Shown: positions 1 through 8,577 of the stretch, in pieces
How the letters are laid out: each line of letters begins with the position of its first letter
Position numbering within the stretch: the first letter of the stretch is position 1
Virus record (IMG/VR): IMGVR_UViG_3300032216_000051
Span: 1 to 35,431 of that record
Length of the DNA: 35,431 nucleotides
Source: a virus
Taxonomy: Duplodnaviria > Caudoviricetes
Reading direction: 5' to 3' (one strand)
Notes under the pieces: model-generated
What the model was told of the DNA's origin: nothing
Seen by the model: the letters and a program-made list of their open reading frames with translations, nothing else
Databases searched by the model: none
Made by a program: the position numbers and the translations under genes

Positions 1-123
1 ATCAACTGCGTTGGGGGTTGTGGAAAGTCCGCTTGTTTTACTGCCACCATTTGTGTTCCACACGCTTGTAGATTTGTAATAATTACGCACAGCAGCAAGT
101 TTCGCATCGTATTCATCAGAAAT
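1..123. repeat. Terminal direct repeat, copy 1 (circular-assembly overlap)
   Basis: 1-123 is identical to 35309-35431; the spanin ORF reads in frame across the junction. Confidence 0.97.
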
Positions 124-303
124 TCCTTTCGTTACAAGTTCATGTTGTTTTTGGATTGATTCGACTTTGGCTTCTTGTGTTTTGGCGGCAATCTCAACTG
201 CTTTCTTGTAATCAAGATATTTAGAATAGCCCATGTACCAACCGCTACCAAACAAAATAACGCATAACCCACCAAGTAGTGATATTTTGACATAATCAAT
301 CAT
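1..303 (-). CDS. Rz: Rz-like inner-membrane spanin, N-terminal part (continues at 35308..35207; 134 aa in total)
   Basis: Manual translation from ATG 303: MIDYVKISLLGGLCVILFGSGWYMGY (one TM segment), then a coiled coil; same frame as track ORF 35207..35398; next to holin and endolysin. Confidence 0.88.
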   Translation of the reverse strand, partial: MIDYVKISLLGGLCVILFGSGWYMGYSKYLDYKKAVEIAAKTQEAKVESIQKQHELVTKGISDEYDAKLAAVRNYYKSTSVWNTNGGSKTSGLSTTPNAVD

Positions 304-481
304 TTATAGGCTCACTCGTTAAAAGGCGCAAAATAGCAACAACCATAGAAATGATAATAAGGCTAAAAGAATAAAATTTCGGGTCAATGTATGCCTGTAT
401 TGCAGAAAGGTTGTCAGAAATTGCGCCAAAAATAGCTAAAGCAAACGCAAACCACATAGTTTTACTACGATGTATCTTCAT
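296..481 (-). CDS. Putative holin (two TM segments)
   Basis: 61 aa, basic N-terminus, two hydrophobic stretches, directly upstream of spanin and endolysin. Confidence 0.7.
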   Translation of the reverse strand: MKIHRSKTMWFAFALAIFGAISDNLSAIQAYIDPKFYSFSLIIISMVVAILRLLTSEPIND

Positions 482-693
482 TTGCCTGAAAAATAATGAG
501 CTATAAAGCCTACAAAAGTAGATACTGCTGCCGTAATACTCATAATTGCAAATAAAGAACCCTTAGACCTATTTGCCAATTCAAGTAATTGCTTAACATC
601 TTTGCGTAATTCAGCTACTTCGTATTCCATAGCTTCTACTTTTTGTATTGTTATGCCAAATTTTATAGGGTCTAAATCCATTAAGATACTCAC
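478..693 (-). CDS. Small coiled-coil protein with C-terminal TM helix (lysis-cassette membrane protein)
   Basis: EYEVAELRKDVKQLLE coil followed by LFAIMSITAAVSTFVGFIA; 4-nt overlap with the holin. Confidence 0.65.
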   Translation of the reverse strand: MSILMDLDPIKFGITIQKVEAMEYEVAELRKDVKQLLELANRSKGSLFAIMSITAAVSTFVGFIAHYFSGK

Positions 694-839
694 TTTTTTG
701 GTTTGCGAGTAGTCGCTTTAGGGATTTTAACAGTTTTCTTTGCGACAACTTTAGTTGCTTTTTTGGCAACAGGAAAATCAAAAGCAGCTTTAGGTTGAAA
801 GCCGAATTTGTCTAATATCCATGTAAATGTAAAGTTCAT
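690..839 (-). CDS. 49-aa Lys-rich protein not in the ORF track
   Basis: MNFTFTWILDKFGFQPKAAFDFPVAKKATKVVAKKTVKIPKATTRKPKK; 4-nt overlaps with both neighbours fill the gap exactly. Confidence 0.8.
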   Translation of the reverse strand: MNFTFTWILDKFGFQPKAAFDFPVAKKATKVVAKKTVKIPKATTRKPKK

Positions 840-1135
840 GCTGTCACCCAAGGTAATCCTGTTTCTTGAACAGGGTTTTTTTGTGCTTCAATTTGTGCAG
901 TCAAACTAGCTTCTACTGTGTCTTTGCCCAAAGAGTTTTGCACCCAACCAATAACTTCAGTTTCAATTAAATTAGCGTAAGGTACATAAGAGCCTTCGCC
1001 TTGTGTGTAACCAACTGTTCCGTAAGTATAAGCAGAATAATCACCATCTACTGCGTTTACTGCGTAATGTACTGTAACTACAAAGCCATCAGAAGTAAGC
1101 CTATCCATCTGTAATACTTTCCATGTAAAGTTCAT
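836..1135 (-). CDS. Fibre-associated small protein (possible assembly chaperone), 99 aa
   Basis: Better start MNFTWK at 1135 behind AAGGAAA; immediately follows the tail fibre gene. Confidence 0.65.
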   Translation of the reverse strand: MNFTWKVLQMDRLTSDGFVVTVHYAVNAVDGDYSAYTYGTVGYTQGEGSYVPYANLIETEVIGWVQNSLGKDTVEASLTAQIEAQKNPVQETGLPWVTA

Positions 1136-1145
1136 TTTATTTTCC

Positions 1146-2288
1146 TTAAACTGAAGTAATTGTTTGCCAAGCCGAACCACTATATACACAAAGTTTTGCA
1201 AGAGTTGTATCAAACACCATCAAACCAGCAGCAGGGCTTGAAATAGCATTTTTTTGTGTAGTGGTCATATTAGGCATACGAACACCTTTTGTAGTGCTTT
1301 GTGCGTCTAATATTGCAGAAGCTGAAGGACTACTTGTACCAATACCTAAATTACCATTAGAATCAATCCTCATTTTTTCTGAATTATTTTGTCCAAAAAC
1401 GATTGCTTGTGTTCCACTAGATACAATTCCCATGTTATCTGTGCTAGTGTTATAAATCATTGGCCCATTTACACCAGCAGAGCCTCCTGTTGGGTAAAAA
1501 TATAAAGTGCTTGCTATATTTACTACACCAGCAGAACTAATACGCATCCGTTCTGTAGAATTTGTATTAAATGCTAAATTTCCAGCATAATTTGTACCTA
1601 AAGCAATTACATCGGTTGTTTGATTAGCAGTCATAGCAAATAAATCAACCGCAGAAGTAGCACCTAAAACTGTCATTACAGTTTGTGAGCCTGATACATT
1701 AGGATTTTTGATAGATAATTTTGCATCAGGACTACTTGTACCAATGCCTACATTACCACTAGCATCTTTATAAAATTGTCCTGAACCTAAATTAACTATT
1801 CCTGTACCGCCTGTAAGTGTTGTGGAATAAGCTAATGAAGTAAAAGAGCCTGTATTTGCAGTTGTAGCACCTACTGTGCCGTTGTGTGGGCCACTAAATG
1901 AGCTAGTAATTGTGCTGCCATCAAAAGTCATATTGGCAGAATCGGATAAAAGTCCGCTAGTAGAAGCATAAGTAACACGACCACTTGTAAGTCCTGAGTC
2001 TGTAACACTAGAAAATACACCAGCACTACCAGCACCAATTAAAGCATCAGCATAAGCCTTAGTAACTGCATCAGTAGTAGCAGTAGGAGTGCCTAATGAA
2101 ATAATCTTATTAGAAGCCATATTAAGGCTTCCTGTCATTGGAGTTTGTCCATCTGCGCTAACAGATTGAGTTAAAGCACTAGCAATATCAGTAAGGGTTG
2201 AATTAGCCCATGTTGAAGTTATTGTTGTGCCTGTAACTACTGGATTACCAGCAGGTAAGCTATATGTACCGCTACCGTTTCTACTCAT
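1146..2288 (-). CDS. Tail fibre protein
   Basis: Gly/Ser/Thr-rich; repeated GN(V/L)GIGTSSP and E(R/K)MRI motifs typical of fibre shafts; last gene block of the virion module. Confidence 0.82.
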   Translation of the reverse strand: MSRNGSGTYSLPAGNPVVTGTTITSTWANSTLTDIASALTQSVSADGQTPMTGSLNMASNKIISLGTPTATTDAVTKAYADALIGAGSAGVFSSVTDSGLTSGRVTYASTSGLLSDSANMTFDGSTITSSFSGPHNGTVGATTANTGSFTSLAYSTTLTGGTGIVNLGSGQFYKDASGNVGIGTSSPDAKLSIKNPNVSGSQTVMTVLGATSAVDLFAMTANQTTDVIALGTNYAGNLAFNTNSTERMRISSAGVVNIASTLYFYPTGGSAGVNGPMIYNTSTDNMGIVSSGTQAIVFGQNNSEKMRIDSNGNLGIGTSSPSASAILDAQSTTKGVRMPNMTTTQKNAISSPAAGLMVFDTTLAKLCVYSGSAWQTITSV

Positions 2289-4236
2289 TTTGTTTTCCTT
2301 TTAATGCTTTAGCCATGCTCTCAGGGGTATAGTTTACTGATTCTTTTACTTTTTTCTTTAATTCTCTGTTTTTGGCTACTTCAGCTATTTTTCCTAAACC
2401 TGGCAATCTTGTGGATTTGGCAATACGCTCTAAACCTTGAATAATTGCACTTCCTGAACCTGAGTAATTAACAGCGCCTGTTAATGGGTCAAAAACATCA
2501 GAAGCAACTTCATTTAAATTGCGAATTTTTTGAGCGCCTTGTTTGCCAAAAATATAATCTAATTTACCTTCTTGGTCTAATTCATTAACTATTGAATTAA
2601 AACGCTTAGGAGAAATAGTAACTTGACCATTAGAGTCTTTAGTCATGTTTTTAGTAACTAAGTCTTTAATATGTTGAATAGTTTGACCTTGCAATTCTTT
2701 CCATGCTTGTTGACCTTCAGGACTCTTTTTAAGAGCCATAGCTACAGTACGAGTATCTTCTAACGAACCTTTAAGAATAGAATGGTCAAATACATCAGCT
2801 AAAGCTACTGCTCTATCAGAGCCACCTTTTTTATAGCGCAATAATTTATCAACATAGCCTACATTTTCAAATTCTTTAGCATATTTAGTGCGTAAATTTC
2901 TTGCCCTTTGGTATAGTTCCCCGCCTTTGCCTTCCATTATTTCATTAATTAATGCTTTCATTTCAATTGCATGAGTTGCTGCGGGACTATTAGGTTCGTA
3001 GTGTTTATTAATAAATTCGTAAATATCTTCCATTGAATTAATAGGAATAGTTCCTGACCTAACACCTTTAACTTTAGGGTCATTCATTTGAATTTGTTCA
3101 TCTACTGCGTCAAGAATTGGAGCTAATTTTGTTCTAACTGTAGGGGTTTGTTTAGCAATATATTCTTCTAAAGGAGCATAGCCAACAGGGTCTTGCATTT
3201 GACCAGCTTCTCTTGCTTTTGTATAGGCCTTGTTAGTTTCATCCCATGCTTTTTCAGCATTTTTAACTAACGCTTTGTCCACTACATTTCCTACTTGACG
3301 AAGATTAAATTGACCAGCTTTTTGAGCGCCTGTAGAATCAATAAATAAATCAAAGTTTTTAAGCATTGCATCGTTTTGCTCAAGCTCTGATTTAATAATA
3401 TCTTTTCCTAATGTTTCAGGATAAGTTTTAGCAATATCAGATTCAAACTTTTGTTGACCTAATTGACGCTCTGCTTGACTTTTTCTTAAAGTAATAGGTA
3501 CATCTAGTTGTTGACCTGCTTGATAGCGTTGTGTTGGCAAATCAAGTTCAGCAGCACCAACTCCTGACATAGTTGGTTTAGGTGTTTGACGCAACACTTC
3601 TGCAATTTTTGATGTAACAGGTTTAGCAACTTGCACCGCTTGCTCAACAATAGGAACTTGTCTTAATGCTTGTGCCATATTGTTTGCTACAGGCTTAATT
3701 GCTTCAGCAGTTTGAATTGCTGAGGGTATTTTCCCTATAGGACTCATGTAGGGAGGCAAACCTTCCGCAACTTTACCAATTGTTCCTAAAAAATTTTGAG
3801 TTACAGGTGATGTTGGGTTATACAGTTTTTCTTGTATTTTTTGCGCCATTTCACCGCCAGCTTGACGGCTTTGTTCAATTCCAGCTTGTGTGCCGTATTG
3901 AGGAGTTGTCATGCCTTTGTATGCGCCATAAGCAGCACCAACAGGTTGAGAAATTAAAGCACTACCAATAGTTGCAGGCACTTCATATAAGGTTTTTACA
4001 TAATCACCCATAGTGCGTTTTGGCTCAATTACGGGCGGTGGATTTATTTTTTCACCAACTACCGTAGGCACATCCCTGTTAATAATATTTCCACGCAACT
4101 GTTCTTTAGATGGTGGTTTACCAGCATTAGGATTTTGTTTGAGAACTTCAGCTTCTACTTGCGCCTGTGAAGCGCCAGCAGGCCCATCAATAGTATAAGT
4201 TTGACCATCAGGAGCAGAAATTGAATATGTAGTCAT
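2281..4236 (-). CDS. Putative internal virion / DNA-ejection protein (large)
   Basis: 651 aa, helical composition; position between tail hub genes and fibre as in podoviruses. Confidence 0.6.
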   Translation of the reverse strand: MTTYSISAPDGQTYTIDGPAGASQAQVEAEVLKQNPNAGKPPSKEQLRGNIINRDVPTVVGEKINPPPVIEPKRTMGDYVKTLYEVPATIGSALISQPVGAAYGAYKGMTTPQYGTQAGIEQSRQAGGEMAQKIQEKLYNPTSPVTQNFLGTIGKVAEGLPPYMSPIGKIPSAIQTAEAIKPVANNMAQALRQVPIVEQAVQVAKPVTSKIAEVLRQTPKPTMSGVGAAELDLPTQRYQAGQQLDVPITLRKSQAERQLGQQKFESDIAKTYPETLGKDIIKSELEQNDAMLKNFDLFIDSTGAQKAGQFNLRQVGNVVDKALVKNAEKAWDETNKAYTKAREAGQMQDPVGYAPLEEYIAKQTPTVRTKLAPILDAVDEQIQMNDPKVKGVRSGTIPINSMEDIYEFINKHYEPNSPAATHAIEMKALINEIMEGKGGELYQRARNLRTKYAKEFENVGYVDKLLRYKKGGSDRAVALADVFDHSILKGSLEDTRTVAMALKKSPEGQQAWKELQGQTIQHIKDLVTKNMTKDSNGQVTISPKRFNSIVNELDQEGKLDYIFGKQGAQKIRNLNEVASDVFDPLTGAVNYSGSGSAIIQGLERIAKSTRLPGLGKIAEVAKNRELKKKVKESVNYTPESMAKALKGKQNE

Positions 4237-5675
4237 TATTTATTTATCACTTGAGCTTTACCCCAACCAGAAGAAGATGCTGAAATTGCTCCTAATTCAT
4301 CAATTTGCCTTGCGCCTCTACCTGATACTGATTTCATTCCTTGAATTACTCTGTTTCTTGATGCTTCTTTTTGTTTTGCAACATCATCACTTTCGCCTCT
4401 TAATGGGAAAAATTCAGCTATAGTGTCTGCAACTTCTTTTGCTCCAAAATTTGCGCCTGAAGTTTGTCTTAAATAAGGAATAGCAAAACCCAATTGAGCT
4501 TGTGCTAATTTTTGTTGATTTTTATCTGGGCCAACTAAACCAGTTGGGTCTGCTCTAAATGTTGCTTGAATAGCATTAACAGCGGCATCACCAACTCCCA
4601 ATGGCGCTAATGCAGCTATTCCTGACAAAAAGTTAGGAACTACTGCGCCTTTTGTTGTTCCTTCTGTAGCAAGACTATTAATAACATTATTAGCTTGAAG
4701 CATAGAAGAACCGTAAAGAACTGCTTTGCCTTGAAACTCAGTTAAAGGCTCAGATTCAGATTTAAGAAAATCTCTGTAATCTTTTTGCGTTCTTACCCAT
4801 GCTGGAGGAGCAGGCAATGTTTGCTGAGGATTAGCTTGTTGTGACAATTGAGGCGTTTGATTTGTTTGAAAATTCATTGCGCCTTGTGCATAAGCAGGTG
4901 CAACTGGAGCTAATCCAACAGGTTTAACAACAGGGCTACCAACATTCATAGGTGCGCTAGACGGCATATTTTGCTGAACAGCTTGCGGGCTTGTTTGACC
5001 AAATGTAGCAGGATTAAATGGAGCATAATCAGCATCAAATTTTTGTTTGTCTAAATTATATTTTAGATTTTCCATGCGAACTTGCGCTTTATCTTTGTCT
5101 GACATTTGATTTAAAAATGAATTTAAACCACCCATTTTTTGAACATTCCAACTGCCGTCAGCAACCGCCGCTTTAAACCGTTTTTCTTCAGGGGTAGCTT
5201 CAGGCATCATTTGCTTATAAAGCAATGGTTTTAAATCTGCTCCTGCACCATAAGAATAAGGGTCATTAATTTGCCTTAAAGCAGCAACTAAATCAGGTTT
5301 TGTTCCTTCTTTAACTGCTAAAGGCATTGGCACTTTACCAGTATAAGGGCCTGCTAATTCTGTAGTAGTGTCAGGAGTTCCAAACGCTAAATTAGAAATT
5401 TTTTCTTCAGCAGCAGTTTTAGCAAGACGCAATCTTTGAGCAATTTTTTGTTGGTCTGTGTCTAAATTATTGCTAGTAAAACCACCAATAGCAGCATTAA
5501 TCATTGGTAATGCTTGTTGCAATGCAGAAGGCTTAACAAGATGACCACTAATCATCTGTGCTTGTGGGGCATTAAAGGCTTGCCCTGTTAGCAAATTAGC
5601 TAATTGACGTTTATATTGCAATCCCATTAATTCAGGGTCTTGTGATAATAATTGTTGTTCTGTTAAATCTGCCAT
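4236..5675 (-). CDS. Putative internal virion / DNA-ejection protein
   Basis: 479 aa, Gln/Ala/Pro-rich; synteny; TAATG coupling to the next gene. Confidence 0.6.
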   Translation of the reverse strand: MADLTEQQLLSQDPELMGLQYKRQLANLLTGQAFNAPQAQMISGHLVKPSALQQALPMINAAIGGFTSNNLDTDQQKIAQRLRLAKTAAEEKISNLAFGTPDTTTELAGPYTGKVPMPLAVKEGTKPDLVAALRQINDPYSYGAGADLKPLLYKQMMPEATPEEKRFKAAVADGSWNVQKMGGLNSFLNQMSDKDKAQVRMENLKYNLDKQKFDADYAPFNPATFGQTSPQAVQQNMPSSAPMNVGSPVVKPVGLAPVAPAYAQGAMNFQTNQTPQLSQQANPQQTLPAPPAWVRTQKDYRDFLKSESEPLTEFQGKAVLYGSSMLQANNVINSLATEGTTKGAVVPNFLSGIAALAPLGVGDAAVNAIQATFRADPTGLVGPDKNQQKLAQAQLGFAIPYLRQTSGANFGAKEVADTIAEFFPLRGESDDVAKQKEASRNRVIQGMKSVSGRGARQIDELGAISASSSGWGKAQVINK

Positions 5676-5677
5676 GA

Positions 5678-6655
5678 TTATCCCTGCTTTAATAAGTTAG
5701 CTAATTGTGCTAAATCTGGTGATGTGTTTCTAATAGGTTGTTGTGCTGTTTGTAAAAATGGGTTTTGATTACCACGAATAAGTGCAGGAATAGCGCTTCC
5801 TACACCTGTTTGACCTGTGGCAAGATTTTGCGCTGCACTATTTAATTGTGAGCCAATTAATTGTGAACCAGATTTTGATGTAAGAGCTTGTGCTAATTTT
5901 CTAGCATTGTTTATATCACTTAAAGAAACTGATGATTTCATTGCAGCATTTGCGGCATCCGCAGCAGCTTGAGCTTCAGCAGTAGTGGCAACAGTACCAG
6001 GAACAGGAGCAGAAAATACAGAACCACTAAATGTTCCTGGGTTTAAATTAGCAGAAGCCATATAGCTATCTAAAGCATTTGGTGCGGTATTGGCAGCAAT
6101 GTTACTAACAGGTACAGCACCCGCCTCAGCAATTCCACCAAAAGTACCAGCATCTAAACCAGCAGAAGCCATGTAAGCATCTAATGCGTTAGTTCCAGCA
6201 GCAGCGCCACCAGCTTCAGCAGCACCAATTCCAGCACCAGCTTCAGCGCCAGCAGCACCAGCGCCTAATGCACCACTAGCAGCGCCTGCACCAATTATTG
6301 CAGCAGGTAACATCCAACCATAACTTGAAAGGAAGTCATCAAAACCACCACCAGTACGCCTTCTATCTGGGTCCCAAGTATCTATAGGTGTAGATAATCT
6401 AGATTCGCCTAAATCGGCTGCTGCTTCGTCTGGAGTAATTCCTAACCATTGAGCACGATACAATACTGCATCAGAATAACCAGCATTATTTGTAGAATAA
6501 GGATTTGTATAAGTGCCATTCCCATTGTCAATTAATTGAGGATTTAATTCTTTAAAATTAAGACTGTAATGTTCGGGAGTAGCAACAGTATACCCAGAAG
6601 GTAAATTATCTGGAATGGTTATATTGCCGTAATCAGGGGAATTATATGTTGCCAT
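5678..6655 (-). CDS. Putative ejection protein with Gly/Ala-rich hydrophobic segment
   Basis: WMLPAAIIGAGAASGALGAGAAG glycine-zipper-like region; internal duplication NALD(A/S)YMASAxLxxGTF. Confidence 0.55.
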   Translation of the reverse strand: MATYNSPDYGNITIPDNLPSGYTVATPEHYSLNFKELNPQLIDNGNGTYTNPYSTNNAGYSDAVLYRAQWLGITPDEAAADLGESRLSTPIDTWDPDRRRTGGGFDDFLSSYGWMLPAAIIGAGAASGALGAGAAGAEAGAGIGAAEAGGAAAGTNALDAYMASAGLDAGTFGGIAEAGAVPVSNIAANTAPNALDSYMASANLNPGTFSGSVFSAPVPGTVATTAEAQAAADAANAAMKSSVSLSDINNARKLAQALTSKSGSQLIGSQLNSAAQNLATGQTGVGSAIPALIRGNQNPFLQTAQQPIRNTSPDLAQLANLLKQG

Positions 6656-6657
6656 AA

Positions 6658-7650
6658 TTAACCTATAAATGGGCCAACAGATGAAGGGTCAGTATAAGTG
6701 TAGCCACTTAAAAAGTTTCCAGATAAACCCATATTTGAATACGGGTTGTAACCAATACTTGATAAACCTTGTCCAACTAAATTACCCAATCCAGTTAAAC
6801 CTGTAGAAGCAAGTCCTGGGTTAGCCGATAATCCTAAAATACCAGCAGAACCTAATCCATATAAACCAGCAGTATTCGCAGTTTGTTGACCGATTGCAGC
6901 GTTATTTGCGGCAATTTGAGCAGCAGTTTGACTGCCTAAAGCACCCATATAATCAGGGCCAGCCACCGCAGCTTGCGTAGGGGCATTAATAAGATTAGGC
7001 GTAGTCAAGTTTTTAATCTGACCAGCTTGTGTGCCTTGTAACTGTTGTGCTTGCAATCCAGTATTCATACCTTGAATTTGAGCACTTGTTAATAGGTCAT
7101 TTTGACCTTGGTTAAATGTACGCATAGCATTGTCATAGGCTTGAGTGCCAGGGACAATACCTTGATTAGCCAACTGTGCATCTTGCATTTCTTTAGACTG
7201 TGCCATCTGTGGCTGAAGTCTACGCATGATTGCATCTGAATATGTTTCGCCAGGGTTAATACCATAAGCAGGGTTATTAATACTAGCTTGCAAACCAGCT
7301 AAAGACGAATTTACAAGTCCTTGAGTTTGGTCTGTACCTGTTTGATTAGCAGTCCATGTAGGATTACCATTAGCATCTGTGCCTTGCTGATATTGCAAGC
7401 CACCATAAAGTGTATTTTGATTAACTCGATTAGCTTGAGTTGCTTGTTGTGCGCCAGCTAAATTGCCTTGCGCTTGTGCATTAGCCGCTTGAAAATAAGG
7501 ACTAGTACTTGCAGAATAAGGGTTTGTATTGCTACCAATAAATGATTGCAACGCATTTGTAGGTGCGCCTTGAGGATTTGATGCCCCCAAACTTGACAAG
7601 TCTACGCTTGTACCTTGATTTGTTGTTCCTAATGCTGTGCCTGCACCCAT
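6658..7650 (-). CDS. Putative ejection / pilot protein
   Basis: Gln/Asn/Ala/Gly-rich with LANQGIVPGTQAYDNAM and a Gly-rich hydrophobic C-terminus; synteny. Confidence 0.6.
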   Translation of the reverse strand: MGAGTALGTTNQGTSVDLSSLGASNPQGAPTNALQSFIGSNTNPYSASTSPYFQAANAQAQGNLAGAQQATQANRVNQNTLYGGLQYQQGTDANGNPTWTANQTGTDQTQGLVNSSLAGLQASINNPAYGINPGETYSDAIMRRLQPQMAQSKEMQDAQLANQGIVPGTQAYDNAMRTFNQGQNDLLTSAQIQGMNTGLQAQQLQGTQAGQIKNLTTPNLINAPTQAAVAGPDYMGALGSQTAAQIAANNAAIGQQTANTAGLYGLGSAGILGLSANPGLASTGLTGLGNLVGQGLSSIGYNPYSNMGLSGNFLSGYTYTDPSSVGPFIG

Positions 7651-7659
7651 TAATTTCTC

Positions 7660-8052
7660 CTATGCCCATTTACAATATTCTGGGCGCATTTCTAGAATTA
7701 CCAAATCCCCATCGTCATGTGCGTCAGGAATTGTGGCAACATCTTTGAAACCAAGGTGTCGGTCTAGTCTTAAGGCTTTCGTATTACTCCTTGCGACTGT
7801 GCCAATTATAACCTTTAATTTCAAGGTGTTAAACGGATAATCAAAGACTTTTTTAAGAAAATCTTTGGTTGCCCAATGTTGCCCTACTGACCCTACATGA
7901 ATCATGCAAGATTTACCAAAAAAACCACAATATACAACTACTGCTCGAATTTCATTGTTTAATACTTGTCCTAAATAATGTGAGCCTTCAGGCGTGGGCA
8001 TTTGATGTTTAATTGCCCAATCCTTTAAAGACTGTTCATTAAGTACTATCAT
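7660..8052 (-). CDS. GNAT-fold virion assembly protein (positional analogue of T7 gp13 / P22 gp14)
   Basis: FDYPFNTL...SNTKALRLDRHLGFK GNAT C-terminal motif; lies between nozzle and ejection genes. Confidence 0.75.
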   Translation of the reverse strand: MIVLNEQSLKDWAIKHQMPTPEGSHYLGQVLNNEIRAVVVYCGFFGKSCMIHVGSVGQHWATKDFLKKVFDYPFNTLKLKVIIGTVARSNTKALRLDRHLGFKDVATIPDAHDDGDLVILEMRPEYCKWA

Positions 8053-8543
8053 TTTTTAGTACATCTTCTGTTCAAATTTTGTTCCGTTTTCGTAGCCCAA
8101 CGACAATTTTCTTTAAAATAACTGCCATCATTATCAATCCTATCAATAGTTGCTGTGTCAAATGGCGGGAAACCCATATCTTCTATGTAATTTTCTACTG
8201 ATTCAAGCCATCTATCACAAACTTTTATACCTCTACCGCCATAATTCTTATACTCTTTATCGGTTGGTATGTAGCATCGAGTAATCATGCGTTTATACCT
8301 GTAATACATAGTAGTTTGACTAAATCCGTGTTTTTTTCTTCTTGCGCTAGTTTTTTCATCTTTCCAGCAACCACATGAAGTAGTCAAACCGCTTCGCAAA
8401 TTACCTGCTACAACTTCTCTTTCAGTACCACAATCACATTTACACCATACCATTTGTTTCATTGCTTTAGTGCGTTTATCACTTTTTGCAGTTACTAAAT
8501 ATCTTCCAAATCTTTGCCCTAATATATCTACTGGTTTAGTCAT
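8049..8543 (-). CDS. HNH-like (His-Me finger) endonuclease with Cys-rich N-terminal domain
   Basis: GQRFGR..WCKCDCG..TTSCGC; YGGRGIKVCDRW; TIDRIDNDGSYFKENCRWAT. Confidence 0.85.
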   Translation of the reverse strand: MTKPVDILGQRFGRYLVTAKSDKRTKAMKQMVWCKCDCGTEREVVAGNLRSGLTTSCGCWKDEKTSARRKKHGFSQTTMYYRYKRMITRCYIPTDKEYKNYGGRGIKVCDRWLESVENYIEDMGFPPFDTATIDRIDNDGSYFKENCRWATKTEQNLNRRCTKK

Positions 8544-8545
8544 TT

Positions 8546-8577
8546 TGTAATCTCCTATAACAGATTACATTATAACA
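8546..8577 (-). promoter_or_regulatory. Extended -10 promoter overlapping an RBS-containing inverted repeat
   Basis: Minus strand TGtTATAAT, then TGTAATCT-gttatagg-AGATTACA 8-bp perfect stem covering part of AGGAG. Confidence 0.6.

Noticed and set aside
1-123. Physical direct terminal repeats of the virion DNA
   Set aside because: The repeat falls mid-gene and has the length of an assembler overlap; it cannot be taken as a biological terminus without reads
1146-2288. Diversity-generating retroelement or invertible fibre cassette
   Set aside because: No reverse transcriptase, template/variable repeat pair or invertase is visible
8049-8543. Group I intron or intein hosting the HNH genes
   Set aside because: The HNH genes lie between intact ORFs with spacers too short for an intron core, and TerL, portal and capsid look uninterrupted
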